64,000 nucleotides of DNA, taken from an uncultured Alphaproteobacteria bacterium. GTDB lineage: Bacteria > Pseudomonadota > Alphaproteobacteria > HIMB59 > GCA-002718135. The position numbers and the translations under genes are program-made. The notes beneath the pieces were generated by a model. That model made no database searches, was not told where the DNA came from, and was given only the letters and a program-made list of their open reading frames with translations. This document shows, one piece after another, positions 51,107-62,201 of this stretch; position 1 is the stretch's first letter, and each line of letters starts with the position of its first letter. Location: positions 1,957 through 65,956 of the forward strand of contig CACJEE010000004.1 of NCBI GenBank assembly GCA_902592345.1, given 5' to 3'.

Positions 51107-51959
51107 AAAAGTAGGTTTTATAGGTGCTGGTTATATGGGTTATGGTATGGCTAAAAACCTTATCAAAGATTTTGATGTATATGTAATTGCTCATAAAAAT
51201 AGAAAACCAATTGATAAGCTTATAAAAGATGGTGCAACAGAAGTTTTTACTTATGAAGAATTATTAAATCTAAATCTGGATTGTTTAATGATGTGCGTAA
51301 CCAATACACCTATTGCTATTAATATTGCTGAAGAATTAGTCTCTTTCATTAGTAATGAATTACATATCATTGATTTAACAACGCATAATAAAAATGGTAC
51401 AACAAAAATGAAAAATATTTTTAATTCTCCAAATATTAAATACACAGTTAACCCAGTAATGGGAGGCCCAGTTCAAAGTGAAGAAGGTGTACTTGGTGGT
51501 ATTTGGGGTGGAGATATTAAAGACTTTGATAATTCAAAAATTTTTCTTCAATCATTTTGTAAAGATGTTTTTAATTTTGGTTCAGCTGAGAAAGCTGCAC
51601 AGGCAAAATTATTATCTAATTTTTTATCTTTACTAACTACAACAACTGTAATTGAGTTTTTTAGATCTGCGAAAATGCTTGATATAGATATTAATCTTTT
51701 ATGCGATGTAGCTAAGTTAGGTTCTGGTAATTCAGGTGCTTTAAATAGAATTGCTGATAAAGCTCTTGAAGGAAATTATAAAGGTTATGTATTTTCAGTA
51801 AATAATACTCTTAAGGACTTAACTTATATTAATGAATTAATGCAAGACTCAAATAATGCAGAACAATTATCAAAATTAGCGATGAATTTTTATCAATCTG
51901 CTAAAGATAAAGGAATGGGAGACCTGCTTGTTAGTGAACTTATTCAAAAAGAATACTAA
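51096..51959 (+). CDS. NAD(P)-dependent beta-hydroxyacid dehydrogenase family protein
   Basis: GFIGAGYMG.GMA.NL, PVMGGP, catalytic AKLLSN, KDL. Confidence 0.82.
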   Translation: MSNKKVGFIGAGYMGYGMAKNLIKDFDVYVIAHKNRKPIDKLIKDGATEVFTYEELLNLNLDCLMMCVTNTPIAINIAEELVSFISNELHIIDLTTHNKNGTTKMKNIFNSPNIKYTVNPVMGGPVQSEEGVLGGIWGGDIKDFDNSKIFLQSFCKDVFNFGSAEKAAQAKLLSNFLSLLTTTTVIEFFRSAKMLDIDINLLCDVAKLGSGNSGALNRIADKALEGNYKGYVFSVNNTLKDLTYINELMQDSNNAEQLSKLAMNFYQSAKDKGMGDLLVSELIQKEY

Positions 51960-51968
51960 GTTATATTT

Positions 51969-52139
51969 ATGAGTAAATTAATTCCTATCATATACATGAT
52001 TGGCGTACTTTTATTAGTTCTTCCAAGTTTTATTAAATCTAATCAGAATTTAAAAACATTTTTAACTAATCTTAGTTTATGGGTTGCATTAATATTAGTA
52101 ATATTTTCATTATATTATTTTTTTAAATTAATTGCTTAA
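51969..52139 (+). CDS. 56-aa two-TM small membrane protein (below ORF-track cutoff)
   Basis: Own translation MSKLIPIIYMIGVLLLVLPSFIKSNQNLKTFLTNLSLWVALILVIFSLYYFFKLIA; fills gap with 9-10 nt spacers on both sides. Confidence 0.7.
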   Translation: MSKLIPIIYMIGVLLLVLPSFIKSNQNLKTFLTNLSLWVALILVIFSLYYFFKLIA

Positions 52140-52149
52140 CTTATAAAGT

Positions 52150-53205
52150 ATGAACAAGATTATTCAGAATACACTTTTTTACATTGTTGTATTTTGTGTG
52201 ACTTATTTTATTTACATTTATCCAGTTGAGATTCTAAACGAACTTCTTCTTAACGAACAAGTAAATAGAAGAAGTTCATTTTATTATACAATTATTATTT
52301 CAATTCTCATTATTTTTTATTTTCGATCTTATACATCCTTAAAGCCACTTAAAATATTTATCTATGAAGGAATGGGTATTGGTTTTATAAGTTTTTGGAT
52401 AGTAACTATTGCTATTATTATTGACGGAATTTTTAATATTAATTCATATTACTTAGGATTATTGAGTTTATTTTTTATTTTAATATTATCTATAATTTCT
52501 TTTTATTTTGGATCTAAAATATTTATAAAAAATATAAATATTAAGTCAAATAAAATCAAATCTGATGTTTCATTTGTTTTTATGAGTGATGTCCATATGG
52601 GCTCAAATAGCATTAAGCATTTAAATAAAATAATTTTACAATTAAAAAATAAATCATATGATTTTCTTTTAATAGGAGGTGACTTAATTGATTCTTCATC
52701 TTTTAATTTATCAAATTTAAAAATTATTAAAGAAAATATTAGTTGTCCTATATATTTTGTTACTGGTAATCACGAATATTATTTAAAAGATTCAAATACC
52801 AAAATAAAAGAAATTAATAATTACGGAATAAATCATATTTGTAACAATAATATAGAAGTAAATAATATTAACCTTATTGGGATTGATGATAATATATCTA
52901 AAAGCCAACAAATAGAAATAATAAAAGATAAATATTCAAAGGAAAAATTTAACTTAACCTTAATTCATAAACCATCAATTTGGGATCAAGTACATAAAGA
53001 GTGTGATTTAATGTTATCTGGACATACTCATAATGGACAAATTTTTCCCTTTAACTTTTTTGTAAGAATGCAATTTAAATTTAAATACGGTCTATATGAT
53101 TCTAATAATTCAAAATTGTATGTATCTTCTGGATCCGGTACATGGGGGCCTAAAATGAGATTAGGCACATTTAATGAAATTATTTTGATTCATTTGAGCA
53201 AATAA
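52150..53205 (+). CDS. Membrane-anchored metallophosphoesterase (YkuE/YaeI-like)
   Basis: SDVH, GDLID, GNHE, H, SGHTH.GQ after N-terminal TMs. Confidence 0.88.
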   Translation: MNKIIQNTLFYIVVFCVTYFIYIYPVEILNELLLNEQVNRRSSFYYTIIISILIIFYFRSYTSLKPLKIFIYEGMGIGFISFWIVTIAIIIDGIFNINSYYLGLLSLFFILILSIISFYFGSKIFIKNINIKSNKIKSDVSFVFMSDVHMGSNSIKHLNKIILQLKNKSYDFLLIGGDLIDSSSFNLSNLKIIKENISCPIYFVTGNHEYYLKDSNTKIKEINNYGINHICNNNIEVNNINLIGIDDNISKSQQIEIIKDKYSKEKFNLTLIHKPSIWDQVHKECDLMLSGHTHNGQIFPFNFFVRMQFKFKYGLYDSNNSKLYVSSGSGTWGPKMRLGTFNEIILIHLSK

Positions 53206-53209
53206 ATTA

Positions 53210-54133
53210 ATGAAATTAGAAAATAAAAATTATTTAGGAATTTTTCTAGGTTTTTTAGGTTATGTTATTTTTGTTTTATTAGATTCAATTATTAAAAAAT
53301 ATCTTGTTAATTATTACCCTGTAATTGAAATTAATTTTTTTATTTGTCTTTTTAGTCTGATCCCAATATCAATTTCTTTACATTTTATTAGTGGTTGGAA
53401 AGTCTTAATTAATAATAAAATACATATTCAATTATTTAGAGGTGTCTTAGGTCTTATTTGTGCAGCTATAATAATTAACTCTTTTAAAAATCATGCCTTT
53501 AGTGAAATATATCCTATTCTTTTTAGTGCACCTTTAATTATAACTGCTCTTTCATTCTTTGTATTAAAAGAAAAAATTGGTCCAAAAAGATTATTGGCTG
53601 TAATAATTGGATTTGTTGGGGTTTTAATAGTTGCTAGACCAGGAACTATTCATTTTACCTTTAGTTTATTTTTACTTTTTATAGGAGCAATTATTTTAGC
53701 AGTTAATGTTATTTTAATAAGAAGTTATGCAAGTAATCAATCTTCAATAGCTTTTGCTTTTTATGGATTTTTAGTAGGATTAATTATTAGTGCTATTATA
53801 ACAACACAAATTTATGTTCCTTTAATTGATGGTGACATTTATGTATTTGTTTTATGTGGAATTATTGCTGGTACAGGAGGATTATGTATTAGTGCAGCAT
53901 CTAAGATGCTTGAATCAAGTTTATTTGCACCTTTGCAGTATTTTCAATTAATAGCAGGTTTTGTATTTGGGTATCTTTTTTTCGGTGATGTGCCAGATTA
54001 TTATGAAATTGTAGGATCATTAGTAATTTCTATCAGTGGGTTATTTATTATTTATAGAGATTATCAGACAGGTATCAGGTCTTTTACTAGTAAAGTTAGT
54101 GGATCTAGTGATATTATTAATAGAGATCATTAA
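53210..54133 (+). CDS. DMT/EamA family transporter
   Basis: About 10 TM; FSAPL, LKE.IG..R..A..IGFVGV...RPG, APLQY. Confidence 0.87.
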   Translation: MKLENKNYLGIFLGFLGYVIFVLLDSIIKKYLVNYYPVIEINFFICLFSLIPISISLHFISGWKVLINNKIHIQLFRGVLGLICAAIIINSFKNHAFSEIYPILFSAPLIITALSFFVLKEKIGPKRLLAVIIGFVGVLIVARPGTIHFTFSLFLLFIGAIILAVNVILIRSYASNQSSIAFAFYGFLVGLIISAIITTQIYVPLIDGDIYVFVLCGIIAGTGGLCISAASKMLESSLFAPLQYFQLIAGFVFGYLFFGDVPDYYEIVGSLVISISGLFIIYRDYQTGIRSFTSKVSGSSDIINRDH

Positions 54134-54182
54134 ATTATAAATATTAAAAATTAGCTACTATTATTTTAAATTTATTGATTAA

Positions 54183-54668
54183 TTAATCTGTAATGTCATT
54201 TTCAATACCTTTCGTAATAGCACATAATGAAATAAATGATATTCCGAAAACTACATAAGGATGACCTGCTGCTGCAAATATTTCTTTATAATTAGATAAA
54301 TTTGTATCTATTAAGATCGACTTTGGAGAATTTTTATGTGCAACTGGAGAAACACCTCCAATACTGAAACCTGTAAATTTTTTACATTCATCAGCATTAG
54401 CTTTTGTAGTTAGAGAATTGTATATTTTTGATATTTTTTCTAAAGAAACGAATTTATTTCCTGAGACTAAACAAAGATGAAAATTATTTTCTAAGTCTTT
54501 AAACAAAAGACTTTTTACAATAGATCCCACTTCTGTATTAAGTGATTTGGCAGCATCAATAGCTGTTCTGGCAGTTTCATCTAATGCAATTAATTTTATA
54601 TTATGATCATATTTTTTGAGAAATGACTTAACTTTTTTAACATTTTTTTTTTCTAATAAATTATTCAT
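54183..54668 (-). CDS. YbaK/EbsC family aminoacyl-tRNA deacylase
   Basis: TA.DAA..L, IVKSL, TGFSIGGVSP, AAG. Confidence 0.87.
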   Translation of the reverse strand: MNNLLEKKNVKKVKSFLKKYDHNIKLIALDETARTAIDAAKSLNTEVGSIVKSLLFKDLENNFHLCLVSGNKFVSLEKISKIYNSLTTKANADECKKFTGFSIGGVSPVAHKNSPKSILIDTNLSNYKEIFAAAGHPYVVFGISFISLCAITKGIENDITD

Positions 54669-54678
54669 GATTATTTTC

Positions 54679-55119
54679 TTAAAATTTTTCACAAATTAAA
54701 AAATCATCCTCAAGCCAATGATTTTTTAAATAAGAATTATTTTTTTTATAATTCTGTAAATAAATTTGTATAAAAAACTTAATAGAAGATTTAAATTCTT
54801 CAATATGTTTTTTATAAGACTCTTCTTCATTTGTATTATAAATTTTAATATCTTCTAGAACAGCTGATTGTAAAAAAATTTTATATCTATTTTCATATTC
54901 TTTACTATTTGCATCCGATGGATTGATAAAATATAATGCTCCATATATTGCTGCACATCTATTCATAGTAATTAAGGAATTTATATCAGATGAATGATTT
55001 GAATTTAATATTTCATTCAAAGGTTTCAATTCGTTCGCATTGATATTTTTCAAAAAGAACAATATTAATAAAAAAATTATTAGATTAATTAATTTATTAT
55101 TAGATAATAATTTTATCAT
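54679..55119 (-). CDS. Hypothetical exported protein
   Basis: N-terminal hydrophobic segment, two cysteines (RCAA, ICEK); in operon. Confidence 0.6.
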   Translation of the reverse strand: MIKLLSNNKLINLIIFLLILFFLKNINANELKPLNEILNSNHSSDINSLITMNRCAAIYGALYFINPSDANSKEYENRYKIFLQSAVLEDIKIYNTNEEESYKKHIEEFKSSIKFFIQIYLQNYKKNNSYLKNHWLEDDFLICEKF

Positions 55120-55870
55120 TAATGTTTATTATACCACTTTCTAAAGGTTTTAAATAAACTCCCATATCTGAATGTTTATAAATTTTGTTAATTTCTAAAG
55201 GAAGATTAATAGTGTTAATATCTGTTTGAGGTTTTAAATTTGTTGCACTACATCTTGGTATATGCATATCTACTTTAAATTTAATATCATTAATAGATAT
55301 TATTTTACCTACCCACTTTCTTTCTTCCCATGGTTCAATATTATCAATATATATATTTCCTCTAAATCTCTGAAATTCAATTACAGTATTTATTTTATCC
55401 GAAAATTCTTTAATGCTGTTTAAATTTATTAAAGATATTGTATTATGAGTTTCTTTTGAGTGTGTTGTATCAAAAAAAGGGAACTCTTTATTTTGCAACA
55501 AAAATGTGGGTTCTTTTATTGAATTTTCAAGCTCTATTAATCTCTTACATAATAGATTACGTTCATTTTTATTATCTAAATTTATTGTTAAAATTTTAGA
55601 ATCTTTTGAAGATAGTATTAGTTTTCTTCCATCTAAATAAAATGAATATTTATTTAATGATACTGTGTTTTTTAATGATAAAAAATCTTTATGATTTCTT
55701 GAAACAGAATTTTGTTCTAATATTTTTGCAGTTTTTAAATCTGCATTTCTTGTAAAAGCTATTAATCTATCATTTTTAATTCCAACATTTTTTATGATTT
55801 CACATTCGCTAGTATTTTGAAAAGAGAGAGATTTAACAGGACTAAAAAATAATTTTTTAATAATAGCCAT
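55100..55870 (-). CDS. MOSC domain protein
   Basis: PVKS, DR, RFRGNI, PWEE..W, RCSAT, MGVY. Confidence 0.87.
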   Translation of the reverse strand: MAIIKKLFFSPVKSLSFQNTSECEIIKNVGIKNDRLIAFTRNADLKTAKILEQNSVSRNHKDFLSLKNTVSLNKYSFYLDGRKLILSSKDSKILTINLDNKNERNLLCKRLIELENSIKEPTFLLQNKEFPFFDTTHSKETHNTISLINLNSIKEFSDKINTVIEFQRFRGNIYIDNIEPWEERKWVGKIISINDIKFKVDMHIPRCSATNLKPQTDINTINLPLEINKIYKHSDMGVYLKPLESGIININDKIII

Positions 55871-55880
55871 ATAAATATCT

Positions 55881-57935
55881 TTAGCGTAATGCTGCCTGGA
55901 TATTACCTCCGTCGACCGTCATAATATCTCCTGTTGTTTTTTTAGCTAACGAAAGAAACAAAAAAGCTTTTGCAACATCTTCTGCTAAAACTTCTTCTTT
56001 CAATAGATTTCCTGACATATATTCTTTTTCTGAGACATTTCTTGCTTTGGCTCTAGAAGAGATCATATTTTTAGTTAGAAGTCCTGATCTAATTCTATCC
56101 GCATTCACTCCATTTGATCTTATTCCAAATTTTCCATACTCTATAGTATAATGTCTCATCAGTGACAAAGTTGCTGCTTTTGGTATACCGTAAGGACCAA
56201 AATTATTTCCTGGATTAATAGCTTGTTTAGAAATATTAAATAAAAGAACTCCACCTGTGTTTTGTTTTAACATTACATTAATACATGATTGAGAGAGATA
56301 CTGATGAGCATAAAAATTTAAATCAAAACTTTCTTTTAAAATTTTATTACTAACTTTTGCCATTTCTCCTTGCCAAGCTGCACCAGCACTAGAAATCATA
56401 ATATCTATTCCACCATACATATTAACAACTTTAGCAATTGCATTCTTTACATCACTTTTATTTGTAACATCGCATTTTATAATTGATGCTAATTTAGTTA
56501 TATCTTGAGGAGTTTTATTTATATTATTAATATTATTTTCTAAAAGAACAACTTCTGAACCATTTTTAAGAAATTCTCTTGCGATTGACAAACCAATAGC
56601 ACCACAACCACCACTTATCACTGTAACATTCCCAGTTAAAATAGCTCTTGTAGCATTTTTTAGCTTTGCTTGTTCTAACGGCCAGTACTCAACTTTAAAA
56701 ATTTCTTTATCAGGTATGGATGTAAACTTTCCTAATGATTCAGCCTTGGAAATAATTTCGACTGTTGCTTCTGCTAAGTCACCAGCTATTATAGCTTCTT
56801 TTTTTGATCGACCAATTGCAACAATGCCAAATTTTGGAATATAAATTAATCTAGGATTTCCATCAAGTTCAATAGTATTTTTAACAAATTTTTTATTTTT
56901 TAAATAATATTTTTTGTAATTATTTTTATATTTTTTTATTTCTTTATTTATAAAATTATCAAGATTTCTTTCCTCCATATTTTTAATTTTAAGTATAAGA
57001 GGTTTTGCTTTAGTTCTTATAACATGATCTGGAGTAACAGTTCCTTTACTTGTAAATATTTTAAGATTTGAATGATCTAAATAATTTAATATCTTTTGAT
57101 TAACTCGTATATCAAATATCCATTTTGTATATGTACCGTCCGAATTCTTTGTAGACAAGTTTTTTCTAATTAATGGTAAAATAATTTCATGATTAAAATT
57201 ATTATTTTTTTTAATATTTTTTTTTCTATTTATTATATTATTTTTATATTTACTTAGTTTTTTTTCAGCAATTGTTACATATTTTATCATACGGTCATAA
57301 CTTTCTTTTGCTGTATTACCAAAGGTAAATATACCGTGATTTAGTAAAATTAGACCTTCGACCTTTTCATTCTTTTTAAAAATTTTATATGCTAATTTTG
57401 CTAAATCAAAACCAGGAATAACATATGGAACAATTCCCATTTTATTGCCAAATATTTTTTTACAAATTTCAATATCATTAGGTTGATCAATTAAACTTAG
57501 AATTGCATTAGCGTGAGTATGGTCAATAAACTTAAATGGAAGAAATGCATGAAGTAATGTTTCAACTGAAGGGTTTGGTGATTTAGAGTCTAAAAGATAT
57601 TTTCTTTGAAGGTTGACCATATCAAAATCATTTAACTTAGATAATTTTTTTGTTTTTAATAATGGCTCTAATTCAACTGCTGGCAAACCTGGAGAGTCAA
57701 TTGATCCCATATCCCATCCACTGCCTTTAACATGCATAATATTAATTCTTTCATTAAAAATATTTTTTGTTGTTGTTTTTAATGATGTATTGCCACCACC
57801 ATGGAGAACTAATTTATTATTTTTACCTAGGAGTTGTGTAGTATAAATTCTTAATGCTAAATCTTTTGAAATATTTTTTTGTTTATATTTTCTGATATAA
57901 TTATTTGCTTCAATATTGTTCCAGTCATTTTTCAT
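55881..57935 (-). CDS. Bifunctional class II aldolase / short-chain dehydrogenase
   Basis: VLHGGGNTS, VKGSGWD, PSVETLLH, HTH, NHG, TPDH; SDR GGCGAIG and YGIPK. Confidence 0.88.
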   Translation of the reverse strand: MKNDWNNIEANNYIRKYKQKNISKDLALRIYTTQLLGKNNKLVLHGGGNTSLKTTTKNIFNERINIMHVKGSGWDMGSIDSPGLPAVELEPLLKTKKLSKLNDFDMVNLQRKYLLDSKSPNPSVETLLHAFLPFKFIDHTHANAILSLIDQPNDIEICKKIFGNKMGIVPYVIPGFDLAKLAYKIFKKNEKVEGLILLNHGIFTFGNTAKESYDRMIKYVTIAEKKLSKYKNNIINRKKNIKKNNNFNHEIILPLIRKNLSTKNSDGTYTKWIFDIRVNQKILNYLDHSNLKIFTSKGTVTPDHVIRTKAKPLILKIKNMEERNLDNFINKEIKKYKNNYKKYYLKNKKFVKNTIELDGNPRLIYIPKFGIVAIGRSKKEAIIAGDLAEATVEIISKAESLGKFTSIPDKEIFKVEYWPLEQAKLKNATRAILTGNVTVISGGCGAIGLSIAREFLKNGSEVVLLENNINNINKTPQDITKLASIIKCDVTNKSDVKNAIAKVVNMYGGIDIMISSAGAAWQGEMAKVSNKILKESFDLNFYAHQYLSQSCINVMLKQNTGGVLLFNISKQAINPGNNFGPYGIPKAATLSLMRHYTIEYGKFGIRSNGVNADRIRSGLLTKNMISSRAKARNVSEKEYMSGNLLKEEVLAEDVAKAFLFLSLAKKTTGDIMTVDGGNIQAALR

Positions 57936-57998
57936 AATGTTTTAGTTATATTATTTTTTAATAAAAAAACTAATAAATTATTTTTATATTTATAAAAA

Positions 57999-58946
57999 TT
58001 AATTTTTAATTTTAAAACTATTCATCTTATCTATACAATCATCAAAATTTATAATGCCTGCATCAGAACCTAATCCAGTTGCAACTAGACCTGATGTAAT
58101 TGTTGCAAATTTAAGAGAAGTTTCGATATCCATTTCTTTAATCAATGCAACTATCATTCCTGCATCAAATGCATCACCACAGCCTGTCGTATCAACTACT
58201 TTAATATCAAAAGCTGGTGTCATTATTTTGTTTTCTTTATTCATAAATAAGGATCCTTCACCACCCATAGTAAGTACACAATTTTTAACACCTCTATCTA
58301 GGTAATATTTTGCAATATCTTCAGGATTATCCAATCCACACATTATACTTGCTTCTTCAATACTTGGCATAAAATAATCTATATGGGGAAGAAGCGGTTC
58401 AACAATAGTTGCAGTTTCCTCAGTTGCTCCAATTAAATCCCACGTAGTAATACAATTTCTGTTTTGAGCTTCTTTTAAAATATCTACTGAAATTGGGCCA
58501 TCAAGTTTTTTGAGTAAACCAGTACCACCAAGATGAAAAACTTTACAATCATAAATATCTACTTTTTCTTTTTTAGGTGGAAGAAAATAATCACAAGCGC
58601 CTCTTAAGTGTAAAGCTGGTCTTTCTCCGTTAGGTCTTATATTTAAAATTGTTGATGATGTTGGCACGCCTTTTAGTCTTTCAAAGCCAATAGTATCAAC
58701 ACCAAATTTCTCAAGTGTTGATAATACAAAATCTGCTTTTTCATCATCCCCAACTGCACCTACCCCTAAAGTAGAAACTCCAAGTTTAGCGCAGTCTATT
58801 ACTGTACCTCCAGCTGTACCGGCAACAGTTAATCTTAATTCATCAATATAAGCTAGATTACCTCCATCGGGAATTTTTGAAACAGGTCTTCCTAATATAT
58901 CTAAAACAACTAACCCTAAAACTGTTGTATCGTATTTCTTTTGCAT
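57999..58946 (-). CDS. PfkB family carbohydrate kinase
   Basis: AGTAGG, GAVGDD, DTTGCGDAF. Confidence 0.9.
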   Translation of the reverse strand: MQKKYDTTVLGLVVLDILGRPVSKIPDGGNLAYIDELRLTVAGTAGGTVIDCAKLGVSTLGVGAVGDDEKADFVLSTLEKFGVDTIGFERLKGVPTSSTILNIRPNGERPALHLRGACDYFLPPKKEKVDIYDCKVFHLGGTGLLKKLDGPISVDILKEAQNRNCITTWDLIGATEETATIVEPLLPHIDYFMPSIEEASIMCGLDNPEDIAKYYLDRGVKNCVLTMGGEGSLFMNKENKIMTPAFDIKVVDTTGCGDAFDAGMIVALIKEMDIETSLKFATITSGLVATGLGSDAGIINFDDCIDKMNSFKIKN

Positions 58947-58951
58947 ATTAA

Positions 58952-59788
58952 TTATTCAAGATCTTTCTCAATACTTTTTAAATGATTAATTGATTGTTCA
59001 GTGTAATTATCTTTAAACTCTTCAGCTCTCCCACCTCTAACGCAAGCAAAAGGATCTGATACTGGAGGGATAAGTTCCATCGTTATATAATTATTAAAAT
59101 TTATATCTTTTAATGCTTGAAGAATTGGTTTGAAATCTGTGTGTCCAGTACCTGGTGCAGCACGATTAGAGTCAGCGATATGACAATGGTTTAATTTAGA
59201 TCCAATTTTTCTATAGGCGTTTGCAATATTAACTTCTTCAATAGACATATGAAATGTATCACCATGAATACCTGCATTTGTTAACTCCAATGCATCCAAA
59301 ATTTTTTCAGCCTGCTCTAATCTATTTATAAAATATGTTTCATATCTATTCCAAGGTTCTATGGATATACTAATGCCAGCTTTTTGTGCATACTCGCCAA
59401 CTTGCTGGATGGACTCAATTGCATATTTCATTTCTTCCTCTTCAGATTTCAATGATTCTATTTTGCCAACAGGGGAGGGCGCTACAATCATTGTAGTAGA
59501 ATTAATTTCCGCACCCATATCTGCAATTTCTTTGCAATAATCTATTGCTTTTATTCGCATTGATTTTTCAGGATTAATTAAATCTCTCTCACTTGTAAAT
59601 ATTGAACATATAGAATTTACTTTAATATTGTATTCTTCATTTAGTTTATTTACTTCATTGAAGTTGTACCAACTTGGCTCTCCAACAAGTTCAATGCCAT
59701 TATAACCAAATTTATTTAATCTTTTGACTTGAGTAAGGTAATCTTCACCTGAATAAACAATTGTATTATAAGAATATTTAAAAGACAT
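58952..59788 (-). CDS. TIM-barrel sugar isomerase/epimerase (ketose 3-epimerase-like)
   Basis: EPWNRYE, DTFHMSIEE, HIADSNR..PG.G, ME. Confidence 0.85.
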   Translation of the reverse strand: MSFKYSYNTIVYSGEDYLTQVKRLNKFGYNGIELVGEPSWYNFNEVNKLNEEYNIKVNSICSIFTSERDLINPEKSMRIKAIDYCKEIADMGAEINSTTMIVAPSPVGKIESLKSEEEEMKYAIESIQQVGEYAQKAGISISIEPWNRYETYFINRLEQAEKILDALELTNAGIHGDTFHMSIEEVNIANAYRKIGSKLNHCHIADSNRAAPGTGHTDFKPILQALKDINFNNYITMELIPPVSDPFACVRGGRAEEFKDNYTEQSINHLKSIEKDLE

Positions 59789-59802
59789 TTTGTTTTTTCC
59801 TC

Positions 59803-60951
59803 CTAAAGTTCAACATTAGTTTTTAGCCATTGTTTAGTATTTCCAGAATTAATTACTGCTTCACAAACTTTTTGTGTTTGTAATGCATTTCTAAAATCTG
59901 GTTGTGCTTTATTTTCACTGTCTACAGAAGCTAAGAAATCAGCCACTCCGTGAGTAAAAGAATGTTCAAATCCTATATTAAGTCCAGGCACCCACCATTT
60001 ATCCATATAGGGCTGATCTCCATCTGTTACGTGTATATCTCTCCAACCGCGCACAATAGATTCATCACTATGATCGAAATACTTTAAACGATGAAGATCA
60101 TGTAGATCCCATGCAATTGATGAATTTTCTCCATTAATTTCAAATGTATATAAAGCCTTATGGCCACGAGCATATCGTGTTGACTCAAATATTGCTAATG
60201 ATCCATTTTTAAATTTAGCAAGAAAGGCACATGCGTCATCAATTCCAACTTTTTGAACTTTTCCGGTAAGGCTATGCGTTCTTTCTTTTATAAATGTTTC
60301 AGTCATTGCGCTTACTTCAGTTATCGCACCATTTAACCACATAGCAGTATCAATACAATGTGCTAACAAATCTCCAGTTACACCACTTCCTGCAACATCT
60401 ACATCTAATCTCCATAAGCCTTCTCCACCTTGAGGTAAATCAGAAGAAATTGTCCAATCTTGAAGAAAATTAGCTCGATAATGAAATATTCTTCCTAACG
60501 ATCCTCTATCGATAATATTTTTTGCTAGAGTTACAGAAGGTATTCGCCTGTAGTTGTACCATACCATATTAGGTACGCCTGCTTTTTCAACAGCTGCAAC
60601 CATCTCTTCTCCTTCTGCAACATTAAGTGAAAGAGGTTTTTCTGTTAAAATCCACTTACCATTTTCCGCTGCTGCAATAGCAATGTCACGGTGCATATTA
60701 TTGGGAGCACAAATGTCTATTACATCTATTTCTTTACTCTCAACAACTTCTTTCCAGTCAGTAACAACTTTTTCATATCCCCAATTAGAGGCAAAACTTT
60801 TTGCACGTTCTTCATTTCGTGCACAAAACATTTTTAATTCAGGTTCATATGGAAGATCTGGAAAAAATTTTGCAGCTTGACGAAAAGCATTTGTATGAGC
60901 TTTTCCCATAAAGCCATAACCTATCATACCAACTCTTAATTTCTTTTTCAT
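59803..60951 (-). CDS. Gfo/Idh/MocA oxidoreductase
   Basis: [27 protein letters not shown]. Confidence 0.9.
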   Translation of the reverse strand: MKKKLRVGMIGYGFMGKAHTNAFRQAAKFFPDLPYEPELKMFCARNEERAKSFASNWGYEKVVTDWKEVVESKEIDVIDICAPNNMHRDIAIAAAENGKWILTEKPLSLNVAEGEEMVAAVEKAGVPNMVWYNYRRIPSVTLAKNIIDRGSLGRIFHYRANFLQDWTISSDLPQGGEGLWRLDVDVAGSGVTGDLLAHCIDTAMWLNGAITEVSAMTETFIKERTHSLTGKVQKVGIDDACAFLAKFKNGSLAIFESTRYARGHKALYTFEINGENSSIAWDLHDLHRLKYFDHSDESIVRGWRDIHVTDGDQPYMDKWWVPGLNIGFEHSFTHGVADFLASVDSENKAQPDFRNALQTQKVCEAVINSGNTKQWLKTNVEL

Positions 60952-60965
60952 TTTATCCTCCTATA

Positions 60966-62108
60966 TTAAAATTTTAACCACTTACTTCCACCCAAACCAG
61001 ACTCAACAACCTTTGAAATAAACTTTACACCCTTTAAACCATCTTCAATTGATGGAACTAAAAGTAATTCATCTTCTATTTTTTGATTTTTTTTGAAAGC
61101 GATTATTTGTTTAGCAAAATCTGAATAAATATTTGCAAATCCCTCTAAATAACCTTCTGGATGCCCTGGCGGTATTCTGGTTACTCTTCCAGCGACATCT
61201 ATAGTTTCATTACCTGCTCGACGAATTATTTTTTTTGCTTCACCAAATATATCAACTCTCAAATAATTTGGATTTTCTTGTTCCCACTCCAAACCACCTT
61301 TATCTCCATAAATTCTGATTTTTAAAGCATTTTCATTTCCTGGCGCAACTTGAGATGACCATAGCATTCCTTTTACACCATTTTCATACCTCAACAGTAC
61401 GTGAGCGTTATCATCATTTTTTCTTCCTTCAACGAAACTACTAATGTCTGCACATAATTCTGTAAGTTTTGCACCAGTAATAAAGTCTGCTAAATTAAAT
61501 GCATGACTCCCAATATCTCCAATAGAACCGCCCATTCCAGCTTTTGATGGGTCAGTTCTCCATGATGCTTGTTTTTGACCTTCATTTTCAATAGGTAATG
61601 TCAGCCAATCTTGAGCATATTCAACTTGTATGACTCTTAAATTTCCAATTGATCCATTGTGACACATTTCTCTTGCTTGTCTTACCATTGGATAGCCAGT
61701 GTAATTATGTGTTAACGCGAACAAAGCGCTAGAATTTTTTACACATTCAAAAAATTTTTCAGCATCTTCTAGATTATGTGTAAGTGGCTTATCACAAATA
61801 ACATGTATGCCTTTCATTATAAAAGCTTCAGCAATTGGGTAATGAAGATGATTAGGTGTAACAATAGCAACAACATCTATTCCATTTTCTAAGTTCGACT
61901 CTTTTTCTGCCATTTCTAGATATGTCGAATAAGATCTATCTTCTGCAATTCCCAATTCTTTGGCAGATGAATGTGCAACTTCAGGATTGCTAGCTAGAGA
62001 TCCAGCTACTAACTCATAGTGATCATCAATTCTTGATGCTATACGGTGGACAGAACCAATAAAAGCACCTTGCCCTCCACCTACCATACCTAATTTTAAT
62101 TTACTCAA
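60966..62108 (-). CDS. Gfo/Idh/MocA oxidoreductase (TTG start)
   Basis: GMVGGG.GAFIG.VHR, CDKP, GDIGSH, GHPEGYLE; SD GGAGG. Confidence 0.9.
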   Translation of the reverse strand: MSKLKLGMVGGGQGAFIGSVHRIASRIDDHYELVAGSLASNPEVAHSSAKELGIAEDRSYSTYLEMAEKESNLENGIDVVAIVTPNHLHYPIAEAFIMKGIHVICDKPLTHNLEDAEKFFECVKNSSALFALTHNYTGYPMVRQAREMCHNGSIGNLRVIQVEYAQDWLTLPIENEGQKQASWRTDPSKAGMGGSIGDIGSHAFNLADFITGAKLTELCADISSFVEGRKNDDNAHVLLRYENGVKGMLWSSQVAPGNENALKIRIYGDKGGLEWEQENPNYLRVDIFGEAKKIIRRAGNETIDVAGRVTRIPPGHPEGYLEGFANIYSDFAKQIIAFKKNQKIEDELLLVPSIEDGLKGVKFISKVVESGLGGSKWLKF

Positions 62109-62201
62109 ATTTCCTCCAAGTTTAAATTAACTTGAAGTATAGGATTATTTGATTGAAATTAAAAACCAATAAAGTTTTTTTATATATTTTTTTTTGTAGA
62201 T

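Noticed and set aside
648-60880. Short ORF-track entries antisense to or nested in real genes (e.g. 648-1007, 1593-1841, 6662-6868, 26887-27099, 41314-41616, 46424-46738, 58054-58305, 60554-60880)
   Set aside because: They are shadow frames of well-supported genes, with no motifs or RBS
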